A DNA stretch of 64,000 bases from Candidatus Woesearchaeota archaeon (GTDB lineage: Archaea; Nanobdellota; Nanobdellia; Woesearchaeales; SKIA01): positions 12,175 through 76,174 of the forward strand of contig JBJKRI010000004.1 of assembly GCA_046704725.1 (NCBI GenBank). The letters are read 5' to 3'. Position numbers and translations under genes: made by a program. A model generated the notes under the pieces. That model did no database searches, was not told the DNA's origin, and saw only the letters and a program-made list of their open reading frames with translations. Shown one piece after another: positions 18,913 through 28,319 of this stretch (positions are counted from its first letter, which is position 1; the number at the start of each line of letters is the position of its first letter).

Positions 18913-20337
18913 TCAATAGCTCTTCGCGAACAAGAAGGTACCGATGGCCTTCTCTCCGGACTCGAAGCACGCGCCCTTGCCATCGAGAACGCCGTTCAGG
19001 CTCTTCGCGCCGGTCGCGCCCTTGATACGCTCCTCGGAATCGGGAGCGCCCGACCACGCCGCACGGCCCACCTTGCCGTCAGCGATGGCCTTCTTGAGCT
19101 CGTCGAGAGAAGACACATCCACAATGCAAGAGGACAAGCGCTTCCTCTGCTTCTCCAGCAGAGAAGACTGCATCTCCGACAACAGCGCCGCGACCCGAGC
19201 CTTGACATCGGCGAGCTTGACCTGCTCTTTCGCGCTGGTATCGCGGCGGACAAGCGTCGCCACACCCGCTACCAAGTCCTTGGGACCGAGCTCGACGCGC
19301 ACGGGAACGCCCTTGAGCTCCCACTCATGGAACTTGAAGCCGGGCGAGTAGCCCTCACGGTCATCGAGCCTCCAGCCATTCTCAGAAGCGAGCTTCCGCG
19401 CGGCATCCAAGACCTTGGCGGACTCCTCGGGCTTCTTGGTGAAGACGATAGGGACGACGACGACAGGGATCGGCGCGACAGCAGGCGGCAATACCAAGCC
19501 CTTGTCGTCGCCGAGCACGCCGATCATCACGCCGATGCTCCGCGTGGAAAAACCCCAGCTGTTCTGCCAGACGTATTGGCGCTTCTCGTCGGCATCGAGG
19601 AACGTGATATCGAACGCCTTGGAGAAATGCTGGCCGAGCATGTGGCTCGTCGCCCCCTGGATGGCCTTGCCGTTCGGGAACAACGTCTCGATGGACAAGG
19701 TCTGCTGCGCGCCGGCGAACTTCTCCCTCTCGGACTTCACACCGTCCCACATGGGGACGCACAATAACTCCTCGAAAGCCCGTTTGTACACGGACAGGAT
19801 ATGCCAGGCCTCCTCGCGCGCGGACTCCTCGGTCGCGTGCGCGGTATGGCCCTCCTGCCACAAGAACTCCCTGGTGCGCAGGAACGGCACAGGATGCTTG
19901 AACTCCCAACGCACCACGTTCACCCACTGGTTGATGAGCAAGGGCAGGTCGCGGTGCGAGCGGATCCACTTGGCGTAGGACTCGTACATGATCGTCTCGG
20001 ACGTTGGCCGGATCGCCAAGCGCTCCGGCAGCTTCGAATTGCCGCCCTGCGTGACCCAAGCCACCTCGGGAGCGAAACCCTCGACGTGCTCTTGCTCCTT
20101 GCTCAACAGGTGCTCGGGGATGAGCAGCGGGAAATAGGCGTTCTGCACTCCGCGCTTCTTGAACTCTCCGTCCAGGAAGGCCTGGAGCTTCTCCCAGACG
20201 GCGAACGCGTAGGGACGGATGACCATGCAGCCGGACACGGAGGAGTAATCGATGAGCTCGGCCTTCTGGATGACCTGGGTGTACCATTCGGAAAAATCCT
20301 CGTCCTTCTTGACGGTCACGCCGAGCTCTTGTGCCAT
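18913..20337 (-). CDS. proS: Proline--tRNA ligase (archaeal/eukaryotic type)
   Basis: FSEWY, IRPTSET, FLRTREFLWQEGHT, QNSWG.STR; start MAQELG. Confidence 0.97.
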   Translation of the reverse strand: MAQELGVTVKKDEDFSEWYTQVIQKAELIDYSSVSGCMVIRPYAFAVWEKLQAFLDGEFKKRGVQNAYFPLLIPEHLLSKEQEHVEGFAPEVAWVTQGGNSKLPERLAIRPTSETIMYESYAKWIRSHRDLPLLINQWVNVVRWEFKHPVPFLRTREFLWQEGHTAHATEESAREEAWHILSVYKRAFEELLCVPMWDGVKSEREKFAGAQQTLSIETLFPNGKAIQGATSHMLGQHFSKAFDITFLDADEKRQYVWQNSWGFSTRSIGVMIGVLGDDKGLVLPPAVAPIPVVVVPIVFTKKPEESAKVLDAARKLASENGWRLDDREGYSPGFKFHEWELKGVPVRVELGPKDLVAGVATLVRRDTSAKEQVKLADVKARVAALLSEMQSSLLEKQRKRLSSCIVDVSSLDELKKAIADGKVGRAAWSGAPDSEERIKGATGAKSLNGVLDGKGACFESGEKAIGTFLFAKSY

Positions 20338-20359
20338 ACAGGCCGAGGGGCACCGGAGC

Positions 20360-21001
20360 TTATAAAGGTTTATCGGGGAACGACACCGTATCGGCGACGA
20401 GCACGCCCTTATCGAGCCTGACGGGACGCCAATCATCCTGCACGAGCCGCGCATCGAGCCACGCCGCCAACTCCTCCGGATTACCAATAGTTGCGGATAA
20501 CGCGATGAGCTGTGGCTTGATGAGCCGGCGCAGCATGGTGATGAGGATCTCCAATGTCGGGCCGCGGCCCGGATCGTTGAGGAGGTGGATCTCGTCTACG
20601 ATGACGACACCGACGCGCGACAGCCACGGCGCGTGATGACGCAACAAGGAATCGAGCTTCTCGGCCGTCGCGATGATGCAATCAAACTCGGAGAGACGAG
20701 AATCCGTGCTGTCGAAATCACTCACGGACAACGCCGTGCGGAAATCATGCCCCCTCCGGAAATCACGGTGCTTCTCGCTGCCGAGCGCCTTGAGCGGCAC
20801 GATATACAATGCTTTTTTCTTCTGCGACACTGCACGCCTGATAGCGAGCTCGGCGATCAAGGTCTTGCCGGAAGCGGTGGGCGTGCACACGAGGAGCGAC
20901 TCGCCATCGAGCAGGCCGGCGTCGAGGGCCTTTTTCTGGGCGGGACGCAGCTGTCTGATGCCGCGCTCAGCGAGGAACCCGGAGACCTCCTTGGGAAGCA
21001 T
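20360..21001 (-). CDS. Stand-alone N-terminal RecA domain of a Hel308/Ski2-like DExH helicase
   Basis: Q motif RPAQ, PTASGKT, VPLKAL, TAEKLD, DEIH, SAT; ends before RecA2. Confidence 0.85.
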   Translation of the reverse strand: MLPKEVSGFLAERGIRQLRPAQKKALDAGLLDGESLLVCTPTASGKTLIAELAIRRAVSQKKKALYIVPLKALGSEKHRDFRRGHDFRTALSVSDFDSTDSRLSEFDCIIATAEKLDSLLRHHAPWLSRVGVVIVDEIHLLNDPGRGPTLEILITMLRRLIKPQLIALSATIGNPEELAAWLDARLVQDDWRPVRLDKGVLVADTVSFPDKPL

Positions 21002-23243
21002 TCTTGGACGGACGGCGACGCCCTATAAGAACCTTCGCGGCGAGAAAGACGATGACCGCCGAGAGCAGCCACGCCCACCACGTCGAGCCGGAGACATGCA
21101 CGGTGACGGGAACGGCTCCCGCAACGGCGTGCGCGGAGTTGTCAGAGCCGGTGAGGCTCGCCGTGATGACGCCCTTGTAGGTGCCGGACGGCAAGGTGAT
21201 ATTGCCGCTGTAGGCCCCGTCGGCATAGGCGAGCGGGAAGCGGTACTGGCCGAAGACCGCGTTCACGGTCGCTTGCGGGATGCAGCCGTACGTGCTGCTC
21301 GAGGGGACTGCAAGGCCGTTCGCGCGAGAACGCACCTTCGCGCTGAGCACGAACGTCCCGTGCACCGTGCCGGGAGCCTTCACGTCGTACACGTCGAGAC
21401 CGGGCTGCTGGGTCAGGGCGTAGATCTCGCCGAAGACCCGCGACAAGGAGGACTTGTCGCTGTTCGAGAAATAGAAATTACCGCAATCGTTCTTCGCGCG
21501 CGACTCACCGGCCATGCTCGCGAGCAAGTCAGTGGCGTTCACTCCCTGGTCGCCATAGCCGATAGTGTACAAGCACGCGTCGCCGAGCGCGCTATCGACC
21601 GCCTTGATGATCGCGGGCTTCCCGCCCGGATCGTATGGAGCGCCGTCGGACAAGAAGATGATGAGCGCCTTGCGGGTGCTACCAGAGAGCCTGACCTGGC
21701 TGCCGGCAAGCTTCAATGCGTTGATGTAGAAGGTCGAGCCGTCGCTCGTGATGGAATTCACCCCCGCGATGAGCGAGGGGAAGTCGGAGGTCAACGGGCG
21801 CACGATGAGCGCGTCATCGGAGAAGACGATGAGCGAGGCACGGTCACCGGACTCGAGGACATGCAACAAGCCGTCAGCGGCCGCTTTGGCGTTCGCCAAG
21901 GGGGCTCCGGACATGCTTCCCGAGCGGTCGATCACCAAGACGAGATCGACAGGATCGTGATGGCTCGTGTTATCGTTGCGGAACGTTCCGGTGAAATCCG
22001 CGTTGGGATCGTGGTAGGAATAGTCGCCCGGAGAGAATGTGTGCGTCCAGGACTGTCCCGGCTGCAGCACAGGGGAGGACCACGAGCCGTCGGTCGCCTC
22101 GACGGAATGCGGATGAGTGTCGGCATTGTGCCAGGTCACCACGCCCTCTGTGCTCACGCTCTGCGGCGAGAAGCCCTTGGGCCCGATCTCGACCTCGACG
22201 TACTTGTTGTTGTTCAGCAATGGCTGGAGCTTCGACCACGGGACCTGGCAGGCCTGCGAGGGACCCGCGGACACCGTCACGTTGCCCGAACGCTCGCCTG
22301 TGAACAGGCACGCGCCCCCGCACTCTTCTTCGGCGGAGATGTAGTACGTGTATTGCCCTGCGGGAAGGCTCTGGTTGAAGGACAAGGCCGTCCCTGAACG
22401 CTTGGCGACGACCCGCTTGCCCTGCAGCACGGTGAACGTGAGCGTAGGGGAGAAGCACGTATCGGCCAGGGATGCGTTGTTGATGGCGCTAGACAAGGAA
22501 GTGTTGATCCGCACTCCCTGGTCGCCCGAGACGTTCGCCGCCACATCGATGACCTGCTCGGAGGACACGCGCGAATAGATGCTCGAGAAGATATGCTGGA
22601 GATCGAAATCGTTCTCTCCCGCGCGGAAGTACTGCCCGCAGCCAGTCTCCTGCTGGGAGATGGAAGCCATGCGCTGCAGGATCTGCTGGGCATCGGCCTC
22701 CGCGGAGGCGGCGTAGGCGATCGTGAAGATGCAGGTCCCTTGCTTGCCGAGCTGCGAGACCAGGTTGAACAGCGCCGTCTGGTTATCGTCTGGCTTGCCG
22801 TCGGACAAGAAGACGATGATGCGACGGTTTGCGCCCGTCAAGGACTGCGCCTTGCGCAACCCCGCGCTGTACTGGGTGAAATCACCGACCTGGATATCGT
22901 TTATTGCGGTGTGCAACTGCTGCTTGTCAGCGGTGAGGGCGGAGAAGACCTCTGCGTGGCTGTCGAAAGCGATGACCGCCGCGCGGTCACCGCGTGTGAG
23001 CGCGTCAACGAGGTCGTTGGCCGCGGTCTTGGCGCGATCGAGCTTGCTGCCGCGCATGCTCCCGGAGCGGTCGAGCACGAGGACATAATCCTTCGCGCCC
23101 TGCTGCGCGATGGTGGCGTTCGTGCCGTACGTAAGCAGGTGCGCCGCCTGCGGCTCGGTGCAGACCGCGCCTACGGCGAGCAAAGAGACTGCCAACAAGA
23201 CGAGCACCGCGGCTCTCCTCACCTCTCTACCGCCGCACGGCAT
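20967..23243 (-). CDS. Surface protein with two vWA domains, a cupredoxin-like domain and C-terminal TM anchor
   Basis: Signal peptide; two DRSGSM MIDAS motifs with FLSDG; FSP..V..VTW.N.D..PHSV cupredoxin strand pattern; WWAWLL... anchor. Confidence 0.85.
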   Translation of the reverse strand: MPCGGREVRRAAVLVLLAVSLLAVGAVCTEPQAAHLLTYGTNATIAQQGAKDYVLVLDRSGSMRGSKLDRAKTAANDLVDALTRGDRAAVIAFDSHAEVFSALTADKQQLHTAINDIQVGDFTQYSAGLRKAQSLTGANRRIIVFLSDGKPDDNQTALFNLVSQLGKQGTCIFTIAYAASAEADAQQILQRMASISQQETGCGQYFRAGENDFDLQHIFSSIYSRVSSEQVIDVAANVSGDQGVRINTSLSSAINNASLADTCFSPTLTFTVLQGKRVVAKRSGTALSFNQSLPAGQYTYYISAEEECGGACLFTGERSGNVTVSAGPSQACQVPWSKLQPLLNNNKYVEVEIGPKGFSPQSVSTEGVVTWHNADTHPHSVEATDGSWSSPVLQPGQSWTHTFSPGDYSYHDPNADFTGTFRNDNTSHHDPVDLVLVIDRSGSMSGAPLANAKAAADGLLHVLESGDRASLIVFSDDALIVRPLTSDFPSLIAGVNSITSDGSTFYINALKLAGSQVRLSGSTRKALIIFLSDGAPYDPGGKPAIIKAVDSALGDACLYTIGYGDQGVNATDLLASMAGESRAKNDCGNFYFSNSDKSSLSRVFGEIYALTQQPGLDVYDVKAPGTVHGTFVLSAKVRSRANGLAVPSSSTYGCIPQATVNAVFGQYRFPLAYADGAYSGNITLPSGTYKGVITASLTGSDNSAHAVAGAVPVTVHVSGSTWWAWLLSAVIVFLAAKVLIGRRRPSKNASQGGLRVPR

Positions 23244-23342
23244 GCCATTCTGCCGGAATGACCATATAAAAAGCTATGCGGCGCGAAATCTTTCCGGAAA
23301 ACAGGCTGGAGAGCACTAAAAGCCCGGATACGGAGAGGATCC

Positions 23343-23630
23343 ATGGAGGAACGTACGCTGCTCGTCATCGCTCTTTCCATCGCGGTCATCGGGCTTGCCG
23401 CGTTGTTCGTGCTGCCCGACCTGCCGCCATCGACGGTGGCGGCGCACATCGAATGGACGAACGGCACCGATGCACGAGCGAGCACCGGGACGCTCTACAT
23501 CACTTTTGCGCAACCAACATCGGTCAAGAGAGGGGATTGCGTCGTTCTTGAAGGCACGCTCGACGGACAAGACCTGCTCAACGCAAGACTTTCTCCAGCT
23601 GGTCCACAAGGGTCCCGTTCCTGTTCCTGA
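23343..23630 (+). CDS. Small membrane-anchored protein, possible OB fold
   Basis: N-terminal TM then beta-rich VKRGDCVVLEGTL. Confidence 0.6.
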   Translation: MEERTLLVIALSIAVIGLAALFVLPDLPPSTVAAHIEWTNGTDARASTGTLYITFAQPTSVKRGDCVVLEGTLDGQDLLNARLSPAGPQGSRSCS

Positions 23631-24219
23631 TCTCGAACATCAGGGTCGTGATGTTGCTGGGCGGGTCGTTGGGGAAGCCGCCTGTACCGTTGGTCATCAC
23701 GTAGGTCATGAATTGCTTGCCGCTGCCGAGGTTCACCGTGTCAGAGACGTCGGCGGTATTGGGGTAGAAGCCCGCCCAATAGACCTTATAGGTGAGTTCT
23801 TGAGCATCCTTCAAGCCGTTGGTGATACTGATCTGCACGTTCTGGAGCTTCTGGGAGTTCACTGAATCCGTCGTGACGACCCAGCCCGCGCTGATGCGCC
23901 CGGAAAGGAAGGGGTTCGTTGTGGAAGCGGCCGAAGAGGTGTTGGTGGTCGAGGACGCTGCCTGCGTCGCCGACTGGGTCGCCGCCTGCGCGGTCTTGAC
24001 GGCCTGCTGCGAAGCGTTGAGCTCCTTGGTGAGGTTCTTGTTCTGCGCGGTGAGCTGCGAGATCTGCTGCTGGAGCGCGGAGACGTTCACGCTCGACGTG
24101 TGCTGGGGGGCCGCGGTGGGGGGCCGCAAGAAGATGTACAGGCCCAGCGCGATGATGATGAGGATATAGACGGTCCGCTCGAAGGTGTGGGCATTGATAC
24201 GGATCTGGATGTCGGACAC
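23578..24219 (-). CDS. Single-TM exported protein with coiled coil and S/T-rich linker
   Basis: TM at aa 16-30, LQQQISQL heptads, beta-rich C-terminus with N-x-S/T sequons. Confidence 0.7.
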   Translation of the reverse strand: MSDIQIRINAHTFERTVYILIIIALGLYIFLRPPTAAPQHTSSVNVSALQQQISQLTAQNKNLTKELNASQQAVKTAQAATQSATQAASSTTNTSSAASTTNPFLSGRISAGWVVTTDSVNSQKLQNVQISITNGLKDAQELTYKVYWAGFYPNTADVSDTVNLGSGKQFMTYVMTNGTGGFPNDPPSNITTLMFEIRNRNGTLVDQLEKVLR

Positions 24220-24343
24220 TCAGCAGAGCGCGGCGCGGCATCTTATATGCTTTGCGGCCGAAGCCTCGTAATTCCGGTCGGCGTGGACGCGTTCCGAGAG
24301 AGGCGTGGCGTGAGACAAGAACGCGCGTGGCGCACCCTCACGC

Positions 24344-25507
24344 ATGGAATTACCGGCGATAGCCCTCGGGATCGGCGCAGGCATCGTGACCGGCCTCACG
24401 CCGGGCGTGCATGTCAATCTTGTCGCGACGCTCGCATTGGCCGCCGGGGCGGGAGCCGCTGCAGTGCCTTTTCTTCTGGGACTGGCCGTCACGCACACCT
24501 TCTTGGACACCATCCCCGGGGTGCTGTTGGGAGCGCCGGACGCGGACACCGCGCTCGGCGTCCTGCCGGGGCATCGCTACCTGCTCCGCGGCTGGGGCTA
24601 CATGGCCGTCAAGCTCACGCTCGTCGGCTCGCTCCTCGGGCTTGTCGCGGCGACAGCGCTCATCCCGCTCTGGTGGCTCGCCATCCAAGCGTACCCCTAT
24701 CTCGTGTCCGTCATGGGATACGTCCTGCTCGTCGTGTCGGCATACCTGATCCTGCGCGACCGGCAAAGGAAATGGGCGGTCGTCGTCTTCGGACTGTCGG
24801 CAATCCTCGGCTATCTCCTCCTGAACAGGCCATTGCTCACCGACCCGTTATTCCCGCTCTTCAGCGGACTGTTCGGGACGAGCACCTTGCTGTACAGCCT
24901 GAAGAGCGACCCCGTCGTGCCGCCGCAACAGATCGAGACGCGCATCCAAGTACGATGGAAAGACGCTTCACGCGCGATCGGCGCAGGAACCTTCGCCGGA
25001 TTCCTGACGAGCATGCTCCCCGGCCTCGGGAGCGCGCAAGCCGCGATCATCGGACAGCGACTGTCCGGACGCGTGGGAGACCACGGCTTTCTCGTATTGC
25101 TCGGAGCGGTCAGCACAGTGAACTTCACGCTCTCATTGCTCACTTGGCTGGCATTGGACAAGGCACGGAACGGCGCTGTGGTGGCGATGCAACAGCTCAC
25201 GCTGCCGAGCCTCCTATTGACCGCGCGACTGTTCGCCGCCGCGCTGCTGGCGGGAGGCATCGCCACATTCCTGGGCATCGCCCTTGCGAGAAAAGCGGTG
25301 AGACTCATCAACCGCGTGCCCTACAAGGGGCTCTCCATCGGTATCGTGGCGCTCATCGTCGCGCTCGTCGGCATATTGACGGGACTGAGGGGATTGCTCG
25401 TGCTCACCGTCGCCACAGGTATAGGCCTTGTGCCAGCGGTCACGCGGACAAGCCGCGCGCAGGCCATGGGCTGCCTGCTCCTACCGGTAGCACTATACTT
25501 TCTTTAG
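24344..25507 (+). CDS. TctA-like tripartite tricarboxylate transporter permease (archaeal type)
   Basis: GLTPGVHVN, IPGVLLGAPD...VLPGHRYL..G.G, multiple TMs. Confidence 0.85.
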   Translation: MELPAIALGIGAGIVTGLTPGVHVNLVATLALAAGAGAAAVPFLLGLAVTHTFLDTIPGVLLGAPDADTALGVLPGHRYLLRGWGYMAVKLTLVGSLLGLVAATALIPLWWLAIQAYPYLVSVMGYVLLVVSAYLILRDRQRKWAVVVFGLSAILGYLLLNRPLLTDPLFPLFSGLFGTSTLLYSLKSDPVVPPQQIETRIQVRWKDASRAIGAGTFAGFLTSMLPGLGSAQAAIIGQRLSGRVGDHGFLVLLGAVSTVNFTLSLLTWLALDKARNGAVVAMQQLTLPSLLLTARLFAAALLAGGIATFLGIALARKAVRLINRVPYKGLSIGIVALIVALVGILTGLRGLLVLTVATGIGLVPAVTRTSRAQAMGCLLLPVALYFL

Positions 25508-26393
25508 CCGCGATAATCGCGATATCCTGAGCGGCCCCATCCAGCGGTTTCACGAGGACGTCGACATGACGCGCATTCGTGTATCGCATGGTTGGGGCAA
25601 GGGATAACAAGTATTGCATACGTGGTCCGCCGCCGATGGAGAGCTGCAGGATGTGCTTCGATCGCCAGAACCTCCGGGCGCCCACATAACCAGCGTGATC
25701 CGCAGCGATATCGACGAGCCGGTCCGACACATTCTCCACTGCAGGCCTTTCAAGGCTTGGGATATCGAACCGTGCGTTGAATCGAGTGCGGAAATCGACG
25801 CGCACCTCCTTTGTTCCTGTCGCGAAAGGAAGCGCAGCGATCCCGCTCCGATCACGATTGGCGAAGGTCCGAAGATCGCCGAGCACGATCAGGTCCGAGT
25901 ACAGCTCCGCAGAGCTTGTCTCGTATGCGCCGCCCGCCGGCGAGAATGTATGCTCGTTCCAAGACGTATCCCGTCGCGACGCGACAGGGTACGCATTCAC
26001 TGCTGCGCTCTCGTATGCTATCGGCACGATCTGCAGATTGTTCTGGCTCACCGCGACCGCTGACGGTCGAGTCTTCCTAGCGATCGCCCCATCCATGGAC
26101 GCGAGCGAAAATCGCAAGCAAAGTCCTTTAAGGAAATTCTTGCTGAAAGGCACTACTTGGACCTGCCCGCCGCTGAGGCCAACGGTCATGTAATTGCTGG
26201 AACTCCAGAAGCCGAAAGTACTTTGCTGTCTTGTACGCACGCCGATGTATGGATATCGCTGCGCATCCTCGATGAGGCGCGCGAGGCCGTCTTCGCTATT
26301 CGCGTAAAGAGGCCGCTCGCGCGGGAGCCCCTTCAAGCGCTCCTTGCTGATATCTGCCTCATATGTTCCCTCCGGGGTACGGACCGTGGTCAT
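25440..26393 (-). CDS. Hypothetical protein
   Basis: 317-aa ORF, ATG at 26393 with AT-rich box upstream; no motif recognised; 3' end overlaps the tctA-like gene. Confidence 0.6.
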   Translation of the reverse strand: MTTVRTPEGTYEADISKERLKGLPRERPLYANSEDGLARLIEDAQRYPYIGVRTRQQSTFGFWSSSNYMTVGLSGGQVQVVPFSKNFLKGLCLRFSLASMDGAIARKTRPSAVAVSQNNLQIVPIAYESAAVNAYPVASRRDTSWNEHTFSPAGGAYETSSAELYSDLIVLGDLRTFANRDRSGIAALPFATGTKEVRVDFRTRFNARFDIPSLERPAVENVSDRLVDIAADHAGYVGARRFWRSKHILQLSIGGGPRMQYLLSLAPTMRYTNARHVDVLVKPLDGAAQDIAIIAAKESIVLPVGAGSPWPARGLSA

Positions 26394-26480
26394 GAAACCT
26401 GCTGCACGGGCGGATACATATAACCATTTCGCAATGAGAACGACGGAACGCTTTTAAAGGGATGCGCGTTCCGCACAGAC

Positions 26481-26735
26481 ATGAAAGGCCGTATCCTGCA
26501 TTTCCGGCAGAACAGGCACTCCACGACGGGAAACCAGATGCTCGTCTCAGTCGACGGAGTGGACGACCGCGAGAAAGCGGGAAAGCTCGTCGGAAAGAAC
26601 GTGACCTACGACACGGGCAAGAACAAGATCGCGGGCGTCGTGGCAGGAGCGCACGGCAACAGCGGCGTGCTCCGCGTGCGGTTCAACAAGGGCATGCCCG
26701 GACAGGCCATCGGCAAGGACTGCGAGATTCAGTAG
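26481..26735 (+). CDS. rpl35ae: 50S ribosomal protein L35Ae
   Basis: FRQNRH...NQML, LVGK.V, G.V...HGNSGVLRVRF.KGMPGQAIG. Confidence 0.95.
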   Translation: MKGRILHFRQNRHSTTGNQMLVSVDGVDDREKAGKLVGKNVTYDTGKNKIAGVVAGAHGNSGVLRVRFNKGMPGQAIGKDCEIQ

Positions 26736-26736
26736 T

Positions 26737-27159
26737 TCAGCGCGCGTTCTCGAGCTCTGCCGCCTCTTCTTGCCGAACGCGTTCATCAAATTTGTCCTCT
26801 TCCTCGAGCCGCTTCTTCAGATCATCCACAAGACGGTTGAGAGATGCGATGAGCTCATGGTTCGGATTCTCCACGATGATGCGGAAGATGGCTTGGATAT
26901 GTTTGATATCCTCTTCCTCGGCGCGAAGAATGTTTTGCAGACCTTTGTTGTGTTTAGACAACCAGATCTCTTTTCGCTCATTACGATCGAGGACGTCCAG
27001 TGCCTTATTGATGCTTTCTCGTAGCTTGACCGCGCTATTGTCCTCTTTGAACCCTTCGATCAGGAAGTCCACATACCTTTTCAGATTCTGGATGGTCAAC
27101 AAGGTAATCGACTTGATGTGTACGCTGATTTTCTCGTACCTCTTGAGATCCTCGTCCAT
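26737..27159 (-). CDS. Hypothetical helical/coiled-coil protein
   Basis: Charged 140-aa ORF, third of three closely spaced minus-strand genes. Confidence 0.65.
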   Translation of the reverse strand: MDEDLKRYEKISVHIKSITLLTIQNLKRYVDFLIEGFKEDNSAVKLRESINKALDVLDRNERKEIWLSKHNKGLQNILRAEEEDIKHIQAIFRIIVENPNHELIASLNRLVDDLKKRLEEEDKFDERVRQEEAAELENAR

Positions 27160-27161
27160 TC

Positions 27162-27764
27162 CTATCCTCCGATGAGGTCCGCGGTGGCGGCTCCCATGAT
27201 AGCAAGGATGCTGACCGCGGCCACGTTCTTATAGATATCGGCGAACGACATCGTCGGTCCGATGCGACCGAACAAGAAGAGCACGAAAGCGATGACGATG
27301 TGCGCGGTCAAGTAGATCGTGAGCACGCGCCACGGGATCCACTTATGATGGCGCACCGCCTTGACCTTCCGGAAACCGCTGAAGTAGATGAAGAGAACGA
27401 GCAAGACGAAGCTCGTCGCCATCAACGCGTTCGCGCGCGCGATGCTCAAGCCGACGGCGATCTCTCCGCCGTAGAAGAAGGCGAAGTGGCCAACGATACC
27501 GAAGAACGAGCCGATGATGCCCTTGGTCACGTCGCGGTACGTGATGCGCGTCAAAGGATGCGGAGCGGTCTCCTTGTTGATCTGCTCCTCGAGCTGCTTG
27601 AGCTCCTCGAGGTCGGCGAGCTCTGCCTCCTCGTCCTTCTCGACCTCCTGCTCCTCATGCGCTTCCTTGGTGAGCTTCTTCTCGAGGCGGGCGATGCGAC
27701 GCTTCATCGAGCGCACGTCGGACGCGACGTCGTCGAGCACCTCTTTCTCGGTCTTGGTTGCCAT
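27162..27764 (-). CDS. Membrane protein with N-terminal coiled coil (DUF2391-like)
   Basis: Acidic coiled coil then 4 TMs; DV.KGIIG.FFG and GAATADLIG ends. Confidence 0.7.
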   Translation of the reverse strand: MATKTEKEVLDDVASDVRSMKRRIARLEKKLTKEAHEEQEVEKDEEAELADLEELKQLEEQINKETAPHPLTRITYRDVTKGIIGSFFGIVGHFAFFYGGEIAVGLSIARANALMATSFVLLVLFIYFSGFRKVKAVRHHKWIPWRVLTIYLTAHIVIAFVLFLFGRIGPTMSFADIYKNVAAVSILAIMGAATADLIGG

Positions 27765-27768
27765 GAGT

Positions 27769-28209
27769 TCAGGCGGGATACGTGGTGGTCGCGTTGGTCG
27801 CCTGGCCGCCGCCCAGTGCCGCGGGGACCATGGGAGTGATGAAGCCCCAGATGTACGGGCTCGCGGCGATCAGCGCGCCGATGACAAAGGCATGGCCGAG
27901 CTTCTCGCCCACGCTGTTATGCCCCTTGACGATGGCCGCCGCGCCCTTCACCTTGATGGTCGCGACAAGGCCGACGACGATGCGCAATCCCAGGTCGACC
28001 CAGAAGTTCTGCTGCAGATTGAGACCGACAAGGCCTGCGGCCCAGCCGAGATTCATAGCAATGAGGGTGAGGATAATCGCGATAGGCAACGTGTGGAAGC
28101 CGTGCGAGAGCCAGCCGAGCCCCTGCTCGTCGGCGTGCACGAAGAAGAGCTCGATGAGGCCGATGACGCCACCCATGATGAGCGCGGGAACGAGCATGAA
28201 TCCTGCCAT
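27769..28209 (-). CDS. Four-TM hypothetical membrane protein
   Basis: GLIELFFVHADE...WLSHG.H, four hydrophobic helices; divergent from 28320. Confidence 0.75.
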   Translation of the reverse strand: MAGFMLVPALIMGGVIGLIELFFVHADEQGLGWLSHGFHTLPIAIILTLIAMNLGWAAGLVGLNLQQNFWVDLGLRIVVGLVATIKVKGAAAIVKGHNSVGEKLGHAFVIGALIAASPYIWGFITPMVPAALGGGQATNATTTYPA

Positions 28210-28319
28210 GCGTCGTTTCCCGGAAGACGCTCCTTATAAAGCTATTCCTGTGTGCGTCACCCTTCACGCGAAGGGAATCTTTAAATACGGTCTTCCGGGG
28301 AAAAACGGGCGATACAACC

